Below, in pieces: positions 48,769 through 58,928 of a stretch of 64,000 nt of DNA. Source of the DNA: an uncultured Pelagibacteraceae bacterium (GTDB lineage Bacteria; Pseudomonadota; Alphaproteobacteria; Pelagibacterales; Pelagibacteraceae); the NCBI GenBank assembly GCA_902590535.1, contig CACIXF010000002.1:4105-68104 (forward strand), in the 5' to 3' direction. Numbering within the stretch: the first letter of the stretch is position 1; each line of letters opens with the position of its first letter. A program made the position numbers and the translations under genes. The notes beneath the pieces were generated by a model that saw nothing but the letters and a program-made list of their open reading frames with translations, ran no database searches and was not told where the DNA came from.

Positions 48769-51639
48769 TTATGCTGCATCTTCTTTAAACTCGTCCATAC
48801 TAGGACAAGTACAAAAAATATTTTTATCTCCATATACATTATCAACTCTTGCAACTGGAGGCCAAAATTTATTTGCTTTTAAGAATTTTGCAGGATACGC
48901 AGCTTGCTCTCTTGAATATTTATGATTCCATTCATCTGAGGCTAATTCAATATCTGTATGAGGTGCATTTTTAATTGGATTATCAACTTTATCAAATTTT
49001 TCTGATTTGATCATATCTATTTCTGATTTAATGCTAATCAAAGTATCACAAAATCTGTCTAGTTCGGACAAGCTTTCACTTTCAGTTGGTTCAATCATCA
49101 TTGTGCCTGCTACTGGCCATGACATTGTTGGTGCATGAAAACCATAATCGATCAATCTTTTAGCTATATCTTCTTCAGTAATCCCTGTTTCGGTTTTAAT
49201 AGATCGAATATCAATAATACATTCATGAGCTACATTTCCGTTTGAGCCTTTATAAAGAATTGGGTAATGATCTTTTAGTCTATGGGCTATATAATTTGCA
49301 TTTAGTATTGCAACTTGCGTTGCTAATTTTAAGCCTTCGGAACCCATCATTTTAATATACATCCAAGAAATTGACAAAATACTTGAACTACCCCAAGGTG
49401 CTGCTGAAACTGCTCCTATTCCTGTGGCAGGTCCACAGTCCTTAACAACTGGATGATTAGGTAAGTAAACTTGTAAATGTCTTTTACATGCAATTGGTCC
49501 CATTCCTGGTCCTCCACCGCCATGTGGAATACAGAATGTTTTATGTAAATTTATGTGACAAACATCTGGACCAAAATTTCCAGGTCTTGCTATACCAACA
49601 AGCGCATTTAAATTTGCACCATCCATGTAAACTTGGCCACCGTGTTTATGAATTAATTCACATATATCTGTAATTTTTTCCTCAAATACTCCGTGAGTAG
49701 ACGGATAAGTGACCATTAATGCTCCAAGATTTTCAGAATGCATTTCTGCTTTTTTCTTTAAATCCTCAAAATCAACATTTCCTTCTTTGTCACAATCAAC
49801 AACGACAACTTTCATTCCTACCATTTGTGCGCTAGCAGGATTGGTTCCATGTGCTGAGCTAGGTATCAAACATATATTTCTGTTTTCTTCGCCTCTATCT
49901 AAATGATACTTTCTAATAACCATTAACCCTGCATATTCGCCTTGGGCGCCTGCATTTGGTTGAAGTGAAACACCAGAAAAACCTGTAATTGATCTCAGCC
50001 AATTTTTAAGATCAGTGAATAAATCTCTATATCCTTCCATCTGCTCAATAGGTACAAATGGATGAGGCTCTGCTAACTCTCTCCACGAAATAGGTATCAT
50101 TTCTGCAGTAGCGTTTAATTTCATAGTACATGAACCAAGTGCAATCATTGTTCTATTTAAAGCTATATCTTTATCTTCCAACTTTTTTAAATATCTAAGC
50201 ATCTCAGTTTCTGAGTGATATGAATTAAAAACAGGATGTTCTAAATATTTTGAATTTCTTAATAAATTTTTTGGTAAATTAGGTAAACTTACTGTTGGGT
50301 CTTCTTTTTTAATCGATTCAGCTGCATTAAAAATTTTCAACAATTGATTTACTCTATAAACATTTTTCTTTTCATCAAAAGAAACTGCCAACATTTCAGA
50401 ATTTACTCTTCTAATGTTTACCTTTTGATCCAAAGCATTTTTATAAATTTGATCCGTTTTATCTTTTGTTACAATTGTAACTGTATCAAAGAAATGATCT
50501 GAATAAATTTCATATCCAGATTGTTTCAATTTATCTGCAAAATTTTTAGCTAATTGAGAAACTCTCTCAGCAATAGTTTTTATTCCATCTGGTCCGTGGT
50601 AAATGGCATATGCAGCTGAAACAATTGCTAACAAAGCTTGGGCAGTACAAATATTACTTGTAGCTTTATCTCTTCTTATATGCTGTTCTCTTGTTTGTAA
50701 TGATAATCTGTATGCTTTGTTTCCATGTCTATCAACAGAAACTCCCACAATTCTTCCTGGCATAGATCTTTTATATTCGTCTTTAGTTGCAAAGAAGGCT
50801 GCATGAGGTCCGCCATAACCCATTGGAATTCCAAATCTTTGAGAACTTCCTACAGCAATATCTGCTCCTAGTTCTCTTGGTGTTTTTAATTTAGCAAGTG
50901 CTAATAAATCACAAGCTAATATTGCTTTACCATTTTTTTTATGAATTTTACTAATTGCTTCACTAGGATCTTTTATATCACCTAATGTTCCAGGATATTG
51001 CAATATACCACAAACTAAATCTTCCTTTAATTGATCTAATACTTCATCTTCATTTCCGACAAGTACTTTTAATCCCATTGGTTCTGCTCTTGTTTGGATT
51101 ACATCTATTGTTTGTGGGTGACAATTTTCTGAGACAAAAACTAAATTACTATCTTTTTTATTTAATCTATGACTTAATCCCATTGCTTCTGCGGCAGCTG
51201 TTCCTTCATCTAATAAAGATGCATTTGCGATGTCCATTCCTGTGAAATCAACAATCATTTGTTGGAAATTAAGCAGCATTTCCAATCTTCCTTGGGCTAC
51301 TTCGGGTTGATAAGGTGTATAAGAAGTGTACCAACCAGGATTTTCTAAAATATTTCTTAGAATTACATATGGCGTATAAGTGCCATAATAACCCATCCCT
51401 ATAAAGTTAGAGTAAATTTGATTTTTTTTTGAAATTACTTTTAATTTTCTTAATGCTTCATACTCTGAATTGGATTCTCCAATATTTAATTCATCTTTCA
51501 ATTGGATTTTTTCTGGAACTGTACTTTTGATCAAATCATCAAGTGATTTATAATTAAGTTCCTTAAGCATTTTATTTTGATCTTCATTTGAAGGTCCAAT
51601 GTGCCTTTTTAAAAAATCTTTTTGAGAATTATGTAACAT
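48769..51639 (-). CDS. gcvP: Glycine dehydrogenase (P protein)
   Basis: YTPYQPEVAQGRLE, TSNICTAQ, GSCTMK, HINLHKTFCIPHGGGGPG. Confidence 0.97.
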   Translation of the reverse strand: MLHNSQKDFLKRHIGPSNEDQNKMLKELNYKSLDDLIKSTVPEKIQLKDELNIGESNSEYEALRKLKVISKKNQIYSNFIGMGYYGTYTPYVILRNILENPGWYTSYTPYQPEVAQGRLEMLLNFQQMIVDFTGMDIANASLLDEGTAAAEAMGLSHRLNKKDSNLVFVSENCHPQTIDVIQTRAEPMGLKVLVGNEDEVLDQLKEDLVCGILQYPGTLGDIKDPSEAISKIHKKNGKAILACDLLALAKLKTPRELGADIAVGSSQRFGIPMGYGGPHAAFFATKDEYKRSMPGRIVGVSVDRHGNKAYRLSLQTREQHIRRDKATSNICTAQALLAIVSAAYAIYHGPDGIKTIAERVSQLAKNFADKLKQSGYEIYSDHFFDTVTIVTKDKTDQIYKNALDQKVNIRRVNSEMLAVSFDEKKNVYRVNQLLKIFNAAESIKKEDPTVSLPNLPKNLLRNSKYLEHPVFNSYHSETEMLRYLKKLEDKDIALNRTMIALGSCTMKLNATAEMIPISWRELAEPHPFVPIEQMEGYRDLFTDLKNWLRSITGFSGVSLQPNAGAQGEYAGLMVIRKYHLDRGEENRNICLIPSSAHGTNPASAQMVGMKVVVVDCDKEGNVDFEDLKKKAEMHSENLGALMVTYPSTHGVFEEKITDICELIHKHGGQVYMDGANLNALVGIARPGNFGPDVCHINLHKTFCIPHGGGGPGMGPIACKRHLQVYLPNHPVVKDCGPATGIGAVSAAPWGSSSILSISWMYIKMMGSEGLKLATQVAILNANYIAHRLKDHYPILYKGSNGNVAHECIIDIRSIKTETGITEEDIAKRLIDYGFHAPTMSWPVAGTMMIEPTESESLSELDRFCDTLISIKSEIDMIKSEKFDKVDNPIKNAPHTDIELASDEWNHKYSREQAAYPAKFLKANKFWPPVARVDNVYGDKNIFCTCPSMDEFKEDAA

Positions 51640-52019
51640 TAGCTAGCACTCTCCTTTGCAAATTTATCGTATTCTTCTTTGTTCATTAGGCTATCCATTT
51701 CAGATTGATCTTTCATTTTAAGTTTAAAAAACCATGCTGAACCCTCTGGATCTTCATTAATTTTAGAAGGATCATCTACAATGGCTTGATTAGTATCTAC
51801 GACTTCGCCACTAACTGGAGTATAAACATCACTAGCAGCTTTCGTAGACTCTACTACTCCTGCGGTACCATCTTTTTCAACATTAGATCCTTTTTCAGGA
51901 AGTTCTGCAAAAACGATGTCTCCAAGCATTTCTGTTGCATGTTTTGTAATTCCTATTGTGGCTACATCTCCCTCTAAAGTAATCCACTCATGTTCTTTTG
52001 AAAATTTTACTTCACTCAT
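51639..52019 (-). CDS. gcvH: Glycine cleavage H protein
   Basis: [19 protein letters not shown] lipoyl-Lys motif. Confidence 0.96.
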   Translation of the reverse strand: MSEVKFSKEHEWITLEGDVATIGITKHATEMLGDIVFAELPEKGSNVEKDGTAGVVESTKAASDVYTPVSGEVVDTNQAIVDDPSKINEDPEGSAWFFKLKMKDQSEMDSLMNKEEYDKFAKESAS

Positions 52020-53122
52020 TAATTTACTCCTTTCACATAATTTTTTTTATAAAATGGTAACGCGCAAACATTTGCTGGATGTTTTTTCCCTCTTACCTCA
52101 AGCAAAATTTTAGTATCAACTTTTGAAAACTCTTTATTAACATAACCCATCGCTATAGGACCATTTACACTTGGTCCAAACGTACCACTAGTTATCTCAC
52201 CGATTTGTGTATCTGTATCATCAAATATTTTAGTTTTTTCTCTAGCAATCAATCTACCTTCGGGTTTAATCCCTACTCTTATTTGACTTGCTCCATCTTG
52301 CATTTGGTTCATAATTTTTTTCGATCCAATAAAACCTCCATTTGATAATCTAGATTTTGAGATTGCCCATCTAAGGTTTGCCTCAACTGGTGTTTTATTA
52401 ATATCTAATTCGTGACCATATAAACATAATCCAGCTTCTAATCTCAAGGTATCTCTTGCCCCAAGTCCTATAAGTTGTGCTCCCTTTTTAATTAAATTTT
52501 CAACGAATTTTTCAACTTTATCGTTAGAAATTGAAATTTCAAATCCATCTTCCCCTGTATAACCTGATCTTGTGACAAATAATTTTTGATTATCAGAAAC
52601 GAACCAATTTCCTGTCATAAAATTTAGTTGATCAACCCCATTTATAATTGAGTTTAAAATTTCAACAGACTTAGGTCCTTGAATTGCTATCAAAGATCTA
52701 TTGTTATCTAAATTCATTTTAAATTTTGAACCTAGTAAATTAGATAAAATCTCAAAATCTTTATCTTTACATGCAGCATTTAAGATAATTAAATACCCTT
52801 CTTCTATTTTAGTGATGATTAAATCATCATAAATTCCCGCATCCTCATTCATTAAAAAACTATACTTAGAGCAGTTTTGTTTTAGATTTTTTAAATCTAA
52901 TGGAAAAATTTTTTCTAATTCTTCTGTTAAAGTTTCATCCCCATGTATGAATAGCTGGCCCATATGAGATACATCAAATATTCCAGAATGCGATCTTGTG
53001 AATTTATGCTCTTCAATAATACCTTTGCTATACTGAATAGGCATTTCATAGCCAGCAAATTCAACAAACTTAGCGTTGTTACTTTGATGAAGTTTATTTA
53101 GTGATGTTTTTTTTATTTCCAT
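52019..53122 (-). CDS. gcvT: Glycine cleavage T protein (aminomethyltransferase)
   Basis: [39 protein letters not shown]. Confidence 0.96.
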   Translation of the reverse strand: MEIKKTSLNKLHQSNNAKFVEFAGYEMPIQYSKGIIEEHKFTRSHSGIFDVSHMGQLFIHGDETLTEELEKIFPLDLKNLKQNCSKYSFLMNEDAGIYDDLIITKIEEGYLIILNAACKDKDFEILSNLLGSKFKMNLDNNRSLIAIQGPKSVEILNSIINGVDQLNFMTGNWFVSDNQKLFVTRSGYTGEDGFEISISNDKVEKFVENLIKKGAQLIGLGARDTLRLEAGLCLYGHELDINKTPVEANLRWAISKSRLSNGGFIGSKKIMNQMQDGASQIRVGIKPEGRLIAREKTKIFDDTDTQIGEITSGTFGPSVNGPIAMGYVNKEFSKVDTKILLEVRGKKHPANVCALPFYKKNYVKGVN

Positions 53123-53136
53123 ATTAACTCTTCTTT

Positions 53137-53285
53137 GCCCCCTCTGTCTTGGTGCCTGAGAGATTTGCTCCTTCGGCGAGAATAATTCTCTTTCCAGAGT
53201 TAATATGTACGGTCCTTTTGCCTGAGAGTTTCCGGGGTGGTTGCTCCTTCGGCGCTACAAAAGTAGTCTCTCCCGTGTGTAAATT
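53137..53285 (-). ncRNA. Tandem glycine riboswitch upstream of gcvT
   Basis: The minus strand has two aptamers: GGGAGAGA...GCGCCGAAGGAGCAA...CTCTCAGGCAAAAGGACCG (about 53206-53280) and CTCTGGAAAGAG...CGCCGAAGGAGCAAATCTCTCAGGCACCAAGACAGAG (about 53138-53202). GC-rich patch about 15 nt before the gcvT ATG. Confidence 0.95.
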
Positions 53286-53315
53286 TATAGCACATTTAAA
53301 ATGTTTATGTGAAAT

Positions 53316-54188
53316 TTATTTAGCTACCTTTTTGACAAGTAATGGAGACAAAAACTGTATAACTACTGCTGTTATTACTACCGCTCCACCAAAAAGTACA
53401 GAAAGTGGTGGGTTTTCATTTACAAACATCCATGCCCACAAAGGTCCTAGGACAGCTTCGGTTAACATAATTATTCCAACAAATGCTGAGGGAGTTGATC
53501 TTGCTCCAATTGTTATAAGTATAAAACCAAGTCCAACTTGAAAAAATCCTGCAATAAAACCTAAAAAAATATCGTTTGTTGAAACTAAAATACTCGGTGA
53601 CATAAACAAACCTATTAGTGTTGCAAAAATTCCAGCAACCAGTTGTAAAGGTATCATATCGACTTTAGGATATTTTCTAACAATTAAAATTAAGATCGCA
53701 AATGATATTGGCATAATGAATGCAACTAAGTTTCCAGTCATTTGACCCGGTGTTAAAGAACTTCCCAACATTAAAATGATGCCAACTACTGCTGTAATAA
53801 TACAAGTTAATGTAATTTTTGAAATTTTTTCTCTTAAAAACACATAACCAAATATTGCTAAGAACAAAGCTTGAGTTTGTATTATGAAGTTTGCGTTAGC
53901 TACTGTTGTTTCGTACATAGCAAATACGTAGCTAGCAAATCCAATGGATAAAATTATACCTCCAATTAAACCTGGAACCCCAGATTTATAAAGAGCACTG
54001 AAAACTTTCCCTTTGTAGCTAAAAATTAAAAAAATTGTAATTACTCCAATAAAGAAAAGTGATCTCCAAAATAATATTTGCCAAAGCGTAGATCCTTCAA
54101 AAGATTTTACTATTAGACCACCAAAACTTAGTGCACATGCTCCCAAAAAAACTAAAAAAGGGCCTGGTATTTTTGATAAAAAGTTCAT
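53316..54188 (-). CDS. DMT/EamA family transporter
   Basis: WQILFWRS, FLREK, LTEAVLGPLWAW...E.P. Confidence 0.85.
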   Translation of the reverse strand: MNFLSKIPGPFLVFLGACALSFGGLIVKSFEGSTLWQILFWRSLFFIGVITIFLIFSYKGKVFSALYKSGVPGLIGGIILSIGFASYVFAMYETTVANANFIIQTQALFLAIFGYVFLREKISKITLTCIITAVVGIILMLGSSLTPGQMTGNLVAFIMPISFAILILIVRKYPKVDMIPLQLVAGIFATLIGLFMSPSILVSTNDIFLGFIAGFFQVGLGFILITIGARSTPSAFVGIIMLTEAVLGPLWAWMFVNENPPLSVLFGGAVVITAVVIQFLSPLLVKKVAK

Positions 54189-55132
54189 TAAATTTGTGAA
54201 AGTAAATTTTGAGTTTCCATTTCATATAACTTAAATAGAGTCTCTGCATCAGATAAATTAATCTCTTTAAATTTTATTTTTGATCCTGGTGCCATTTGTA
54301 CCAATCGATCATAATCAACACTTGCGACAGCACCAATTTTTGGGTAGCCACCAACAGTGCCATGATCTGAAAGCATTATTATTGGATTACCATCAGCAGG
54401 TACCTGAATAACACCTTTGATTAATCCCTCTGATTTAATATTGGTATTAACGATATTTTCTATTTTAGGACCCTCAAGCCTCATACCCATTCTGTCTGAA
54501 AGTTTTGAAACGATAAATTCTTTCTCATAAAAAGTTTGTTTTCCTTGCTCTGAAAAATAATCAAAATTTGTACCCTTCATTACCCTAATGTTTTCTATTT
54601 TGTTATTTATATAATTTATTTTTTTTACATCTTTATTCGAATTTATTTTTTTAAAATTAATTCTCTGTCCTGTGTCTAATTTTTTTCCATCATTGGATCC
54701 AATATTTGCTTTCGTATTTATAGAACAACTATTCCATTGAAATTTTAAATCGAGTTCTCCACCTAGTGCTAAATATCCATATACTGACTTATTTGTAGAA
54801 AGGATATTTATCTCATCTCCATTTTCAATTTGATAGCTTTGATAGCAATTGCCCTCAATTTCAGCATTTTTTTTTTTAATTGAAAAAATTACATCTCCAG
54901 TAACAGCAAAATTAATTTTTTCTCCTGAATATTTTATATGAGGGCCTTGATATGCAAACTCTACCACTGCAGAGTCTAAATTGTTATTAACAAGTTTATT
55001 AGCTATAAGATAGTTTCTGTTATCCATAGCACCACTAAATGGTATGCCAATATGATAAAGATGATCCCTGCCTTTATCTTGAAAGGTGGTATTAATTCCA
55101 GGTCTAATTATGTCTAAATAATTGCTACTCAT
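54188..55132 (-). CDS. pxpC: 5-oxoprolinase subunit C (AHS2/KipA family)
   Basis: TFQDKGR, SGAMD, SDRMGMRL, G.IQVP.DG.PII...D..TVGGYPKI. Confidence 0.85.
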   Translation of the reverse strand: MSSNYLDIIRPGINTTFQDKGRDHLYHIGIPFSGAMDNRNYLIANKLVNNNLDSAVVEFAYQGPHIKYSGEKINFAVTGDVIFSIKKKNAEIEGNCYQSYQIENGDEINILSTNKSVYGYLALGGELDLKFQWNSCSINTKANIGSNDGKKLDTGQRINFKKINSNKDVKKINYINNKIENIRVMKGTNFDYFSEQGKQTFYEKEFIVSKLSDRMGMRLEGPKIENIVNTNIKSEGLIKGVIQVPADGNPIIMLSDHGTVGGYPKIGAVASVDYDRLVQMAPGSKIKFKEINLSDAETLFKLYEMETQNLLSQI

Positions 55133-55799
55133 TATAATTTTTATACTGATCTAAAGTAATTTCCTTGAAAACTACTGTATCTCCTGGATTAATTAGGTTT
55201 GGTTTGTCTTCTTTTGAACTATCAAAAACATCTATAGGAGTATTTCCCAAAATATTCCATCCACCTGGACTTTCAAATGTATAAATGTTTGCAAATTGCT
55301 CAGTTAATGCAACAGATCCCTTGGGCACTTTTACTCTTGGGGTTTCTAAACGTTGAGCTCGCATATTCTCATCTAAATCACCAAGAAAAGGCATGCCAGC
55401 AATGAAACCTGTCATGTAACAGAAATATTCCTTATTTAAAAAATTCTCTAAAATTTTTTCTCTACTTAATTTTAATATTTCTTCCAATCTTTTAATGTCC
55501 ATTGAGAAATTATCATGACAACAAACTGGTATTTCTAATTTTTTAGAATTTATATCTATTGAATCTTTAGCATTTATATTTTCAACATAATTTTTTACTT
55601 CTTTAAAATTTGTTTTTTTTAGATCATAAGAAATAATTAATTTATTATAAGAAGGTGTTAAATTATTTATCCCCTCAAATTTTTTTTCTTTAATAGTTTT
55701 AAAATATTTTATAACTTGCGAATTAATTGATTTATTTACTTCATTACCAAAATCACAGTACAAAGCTGCGTCACCAAGATTTGATATATTTTTTATCAT
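55125..55799 (-). CDS. pxpB: 5-oxoprolinase subunit B (AHS1/KipI family)
   Basis: LGDAAL, PSYN, GF.AG.P.L, R..TPR..VPKGSV, SPGGWN.LG. Confidence 0.85.
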   Translation of the reverse strand: MIKNISNLGDAALYCDFGNEVNKSINSQVIKYFKTIKEKKFEGINNLTPSYNKLIISYDLKKTNFKEVKNYVENINAKDSIDINSKKLEIPVCCHDNFSMDIKRLEEILKLSREKILENFLNKEYFCYMTGFIAGMPFLGDLDENMRAQRLETPRVKVPKGSVALTEQFANIYTFESPGGWNILGNTPIDVFDSSKEDKPNLINPGDTVVFKEITLDQYKNYNE

Positions 55800-55802
55800 G
55801 TC

Positions 55803-55818
55803 ATGTTATACTTAACAT
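55803..55818. promoter_or_regulatory. Inverted repeat ATGTTA-N4-TAACAT in the 27-bp divergent pxpB/pxpA spacer
   Basis: atgtta-tact-taacat; overlaps a TATACT -10-like hexamer. Confidence 0.35.
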
Positions 55819-55826
55819 TAGAGACT

Positions 55827-56600
55827 ATGGAAATTAATATAAATTGCGATTTAGGTGAAAAATCAAAACATCATTCAAACAAGTATGACCCAGATTTACT
55901 AGAAATAGTTAATTCTGCAAATGTCGCATGTGGTTATCATGCAGGCGATGATGAGTCGATGAATCAAGTAGTCCAAATTTCAAAAAAAAATGGTGTTAGT
56001 ATTGGAGCACATCCGTCATTTAATGACCCTGAAAATTTTGGAAGGCAAAGAATGAATCTTCTACCTAATGAGGTAAGGCAATTAATTATTGATCAATATG
56101 AAATTCTTCAAAAAATTGCTCAAGATTATGGAGAAAATGTTACTCACATAAAACCACACGGTGCTTTAAACAATATGGCTTGTGAGGATATAGATTTAGC
56201 TACTACTTTAGCAAAAGCTGTAAACGAGATTAGTAAAGATTTAATTTATTTGGTTCCTACAGGATCTAAAATGGAAGAAGCAGCTAAAAAACTAAAAATG
56301 CGTATAGCTTGTGAAATATTTGCTGACAGAAATTATGAAGATGATGGAAATTTAGTTTCTAGAAAAAAACCACATGCTCTTATTACTGATCCTTTAGAGG
56401 CTCAAAAACATGTATTAAATATGGTTAAAAATCAGTCACTTAATTGTCACAGTGGAAAGCAAATACCTTGTGAAATAGACTCTGTATGCATACATGGGGA
56501 TAATGCTAGTTCGCTTGCTACTGCAAAATCTATAAAAAAAAATTTAATAGATAACGGACTAACTTTAAAACCTTTAACTGAAATGGAGAAATTTAGATAA
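55827..56600 (+). CDS. pxpA: 5-oxoprolinase subunit A (LamB/YcsF)
   Basis: INCDLGE, SANVACGYHAGD, GAHPS..D...FGR, HIKPHGAL, E.FADR.Y, CIHGD; start taken at MEININ. Confidence 0.92.
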   Translation: MEININCDLGEKSKHHSNKYDPDLLEIVNSANVACGYHAGDDESMNQVVQISKKNGVSIGAHPSFNDPENFGRQRMNLLPNEVRQLIIDQYEILQKIAQDYGENVTHIKPHGALNNMACEDIDLATTLAKAVNEISKDLIYLVPTGSKMEEAAKKLKMRIACEIFADRNYEDDGNLVSRKKPHALITDPLEAQKHVLNMVKNQSLNCHSGKQIPCEIDSVCIHGDNASSLATAKSIKKNLIDNGLTLKPLTEMEKFR

Positions 56601-57091
56601 TGATAAAAAATACATTAATTACTTTTTTTTTATTAATTCTTTTATCTACTAATTCATATTCTGCGGGTACTAGTACTAGTTCAGACTCCAATAGTGCTAA
56701 CAATTACAGTAAAGCTGTAAAATTAGTAAAAGCAGCAAAAAAATATGAAAATGACGGTAAATTGGAGAAAGCAAATAAGAGATATATGAAAGCTTTAAAA
56801 CTTTTAATTAAATCTAACAAAAGCAAACCAAATAAAGCAGATACATTAAACTACTTAGGTTTTACAACAAGGAAGCTTGGGGATTTCGAAACTGGAGAAA
56901 AATATTATCTTCAAGGTCTTGCAATTGAACCAAATCATATAGGTATTAATGAATATTTAGGAGAGCTTTATGTTGTGACAAATAGAATTGATTTAGCTAA
57001 TGAAAGATTAAAAATTCTAGAAAGTTGTAACTGTAAAGAGTACGAAAGTTTAAAACAAATAATTGCCGGAACAAAAAAATCAAAATATTAG
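56600..57091 (+). CDS. Secreted TPR-repeat protein
   Basis: Signal peptide; P..AD.LNYLGF..RKLG and P.H.G..EYLGELY TPR-like units. Confidence 0.75.
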   Translation: MIKNTLITFFLLILLSTNSYSAGTSTSSDSNSANNYSKAVKLVKAAKKYENDGKLEKANKRYMKALKLLIKSNKSKPNKADTLNYLGFTTRKLGDFETGEKYYLQGLAIEPNHIGINEYLGELYVVTNRIDLANERLKILESCNCKEYESLKQIIAGTKKSKY

Positions 57092-58398
57092 TTAATGTTT
57101 TGAACCATTTGTTGTGGCATCCATAAAGCTATCTCTGGAAAGATAACAACAAGAATTACTGCAAGGATCATTAACATAAATAATGGGAATGCGCTCCTTG
57201 CAATAAATCCCATATCTTTATTAGCCATTCCTTGTAAAACAAATAAATTAAATCCTACGGGTGGTGTGATTTGAGCCATCTCAACTACAATAACTAAAAA
57301 TATTCCAAACCAAATCATGTCAAAACCAGCCTGTCTAATCATTGGTTCAATAATTGCCATTGTTAATACTACTGCTGAAATTCCATCAAGAAACATTCCA
57401 AGAATAATATAAAAAATCATTAATACAAAAATTAACACATAAGGTGATAGCTCCATATTTTGTATCCAGATAGCTAGATTTCTTGGAAGACCTGTAAATC
57501 CCATAGCTAGTGATAAGAATGTAGAGCCAGCTAAAATAAAAGCAATCATACAAGATGTTTTAGTTGCTCCTAATAATGATTGTTTAAATGTTTCAATGGT
57601 TAAGCTCTTTTGAAAGTAAGATAAAATTAAAGCCCCTACTACACCTAAAGAAGCAGCCTCAGTTGCTGTTGCAACCCCAGTGTATATTGATCCAATCACA
57701 GCTGATATTAAAATAATTACTGGTAATAATTGTTTTGATTTTCTTATTTTTTCTAGAAAGGAATAATTTTCTACATACTTTGGCATGTTTTTTTTATTTA
57801 TTAAAGACCAAATCATCACGTAAGACATAAATATAAGTGCAATCATTATCCCTGGAATAATTCCTGCAATAAATAGCTTTGCTATAGACTCTTGAACAGT
57901 TACTCCATAAATTATTAATATTATTGAAGGAGGGATAAGAAGTCCTAAAGTTCCCGAACCTGCTAGACTGCCTAACAAAATTTTTTCTGGATATTTTCTT
58001 TTTCTTAGTTCTGGGATAGACATCTTACCTACTGTTGCAACGGTCGCAGCAGAAGAGCCAGAAATTGCGGCAAAAAGTGCGCAACCAACAACATTTACGT
58101 GAATTAATCCACCTGGTAATTTTTGCATCCATGGTGATAGTCCAGCAAATAAATTTTCAGATAACTTTGTCCTAAATAATATTTCACCCATCCAAACAAA
58201 CAATGGTAGAGCTGTTAATGTCCATGATGATGAAGTACCCCATATCGTAGTTGCCATGGCATCCCCAACTGGTCTTGAAGTAAATAACATCATACCAATT
58301 GTTGAAACACCTATCATGCTTATTGCTACCCAGATGCCAGATCCTAGAAAAAATAAAAGTACGCTTATGAAAAATATAATGAGGAATATTTCAGTCAT
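57088..58398 (-). CDS. dctM: TRAP transporter large permease
   Basis: ALPLF..MG, FAAISGSS.AT, GTLG.LIPPS, ITPPVGFNLF. Confidence 0.92.
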   Translation of the reverse strand: MTEIFLIIFFISVLLFFLGSGIWVAISMIGVSTIGMMLFTSRPVGDAMATTIWGTSSSWTLTALPLFVWMGEILFRTKLSENLFAGLSPWMQKLPGGLIHVNVVGCALFAAISGSSAATVATVGKMSIPELRKRKYPEKILLGSLAGSGTLGLLIPPSIILIIYGVTVQESIAKLFIAGIIPGIMIALIFMSYVMIWSLINKKNMPKYVENYSFLEKIRKSKQLLPVIILISAVIGSIYTGVATATEAASLGVVGALILSYFQKSLTIETFKQSLLGATKTSCMIAFILAGSTFLSLAMGFTGLPRNLAIWIQNMELSPYVLIFVLMIFYIILGMFLDGISAVVLTMAIIEPMIRQAGFDMIWFGIFLVIVVEMAQITPPVGFNLFVLQGMANKDMGFIARSAFPLFMLMILAVILVVIFPEIALWMPQQMVQNIN

Positions 58399-58879
58399 TC
58401 TTACTTAAAATTGTTAAAATAAATTTGTGTAAAACAGCTATAAAAAGAATTAAAGATCCGATAGCAACACTAGTTTGAGGTATCCAAATTAAGATCTCAT
58501 CTGCACCTTCGCTTCTCTCTTGAAAATCATAAGAGATTAATAACATTTTCCATAAGTAAAATGACAAATAGCCTGAAAAAATTGTTGCTACGATCAGGCA
58601 CCATATTTCTAAAAATCTTTTATAGGATGAAGAGGCTTTTTCTAAGAAAAGAGTAATTCGAATATGTCCACCCTCAACAAAAGTAAATGCTAACGCATAA
58701 AAGGAAGCTGCAGCCATGCAGTAACCTGAGTACTCAGCTAAACCTCTTATGTAAAAACCAAATATCCTTGAGGAAATTCCAATTAAAATAAAAACTGCGA
58801 CAAGTATTAAAAAAAAAGCAGCTAAATATCCTGAAAATTTATAAAGTTTATTTAGATTATTATTTATTGATTGAAACAT
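58391..58879 (-). CDS. dctQ: TRAP transporter small permease
   Basis: Four TM helices, GGHIRIT motif, between dctP and dctM. Confidence 0.88.
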   Translation of the reverse strand: MFQSINNNLNKLYKFSGYLAAFFLILVAVFILIGISSRIFGFYIRGLAEYSGYCMAAASFYALAFTFVEGGHIRITLFLEKASSSYKRFLEIWCLIVATIFSGYLSFYLWKMLLISYDFQERSEGADEILIWIPQTSVAIGSLILFIAVLHKFILTILSKND

Positions 58880-58884
58880 TTAGT

Positions 58885-58920
58885 AAAAAGGCCAACTTAC
58901 TACAAGTTGGCCTTTTTTTT
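58885..58920 (-). terminator. Stem-loop between dctP and dctQ (intrinsic terminator or mRNA stabiliser)
   Basis: Perfect 14-bp stem aaaaaggccaactt-actac-aagttggccttttt, ending in a U-tract on both strands. Confidence 0.75.
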
Positions 58921-58928
58921 AAGACTAT

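Noticed and set aside
53149-53541. 130-aa plus-strand ORF
   Set aside because: It is antisense to the glycine riboswitch and the DMT gene; the GC-rich RNA element explains the open frame.
54188-55799. Allophanate hydrolase / urea amidolyase to use urea from creatinase
   Set aside because: AHS1/AHS2 genes next to a LamB/YcsF gene are the PxpABC 5-oxoprolinase signature; no biotin carboxylase or amidase domain is present.
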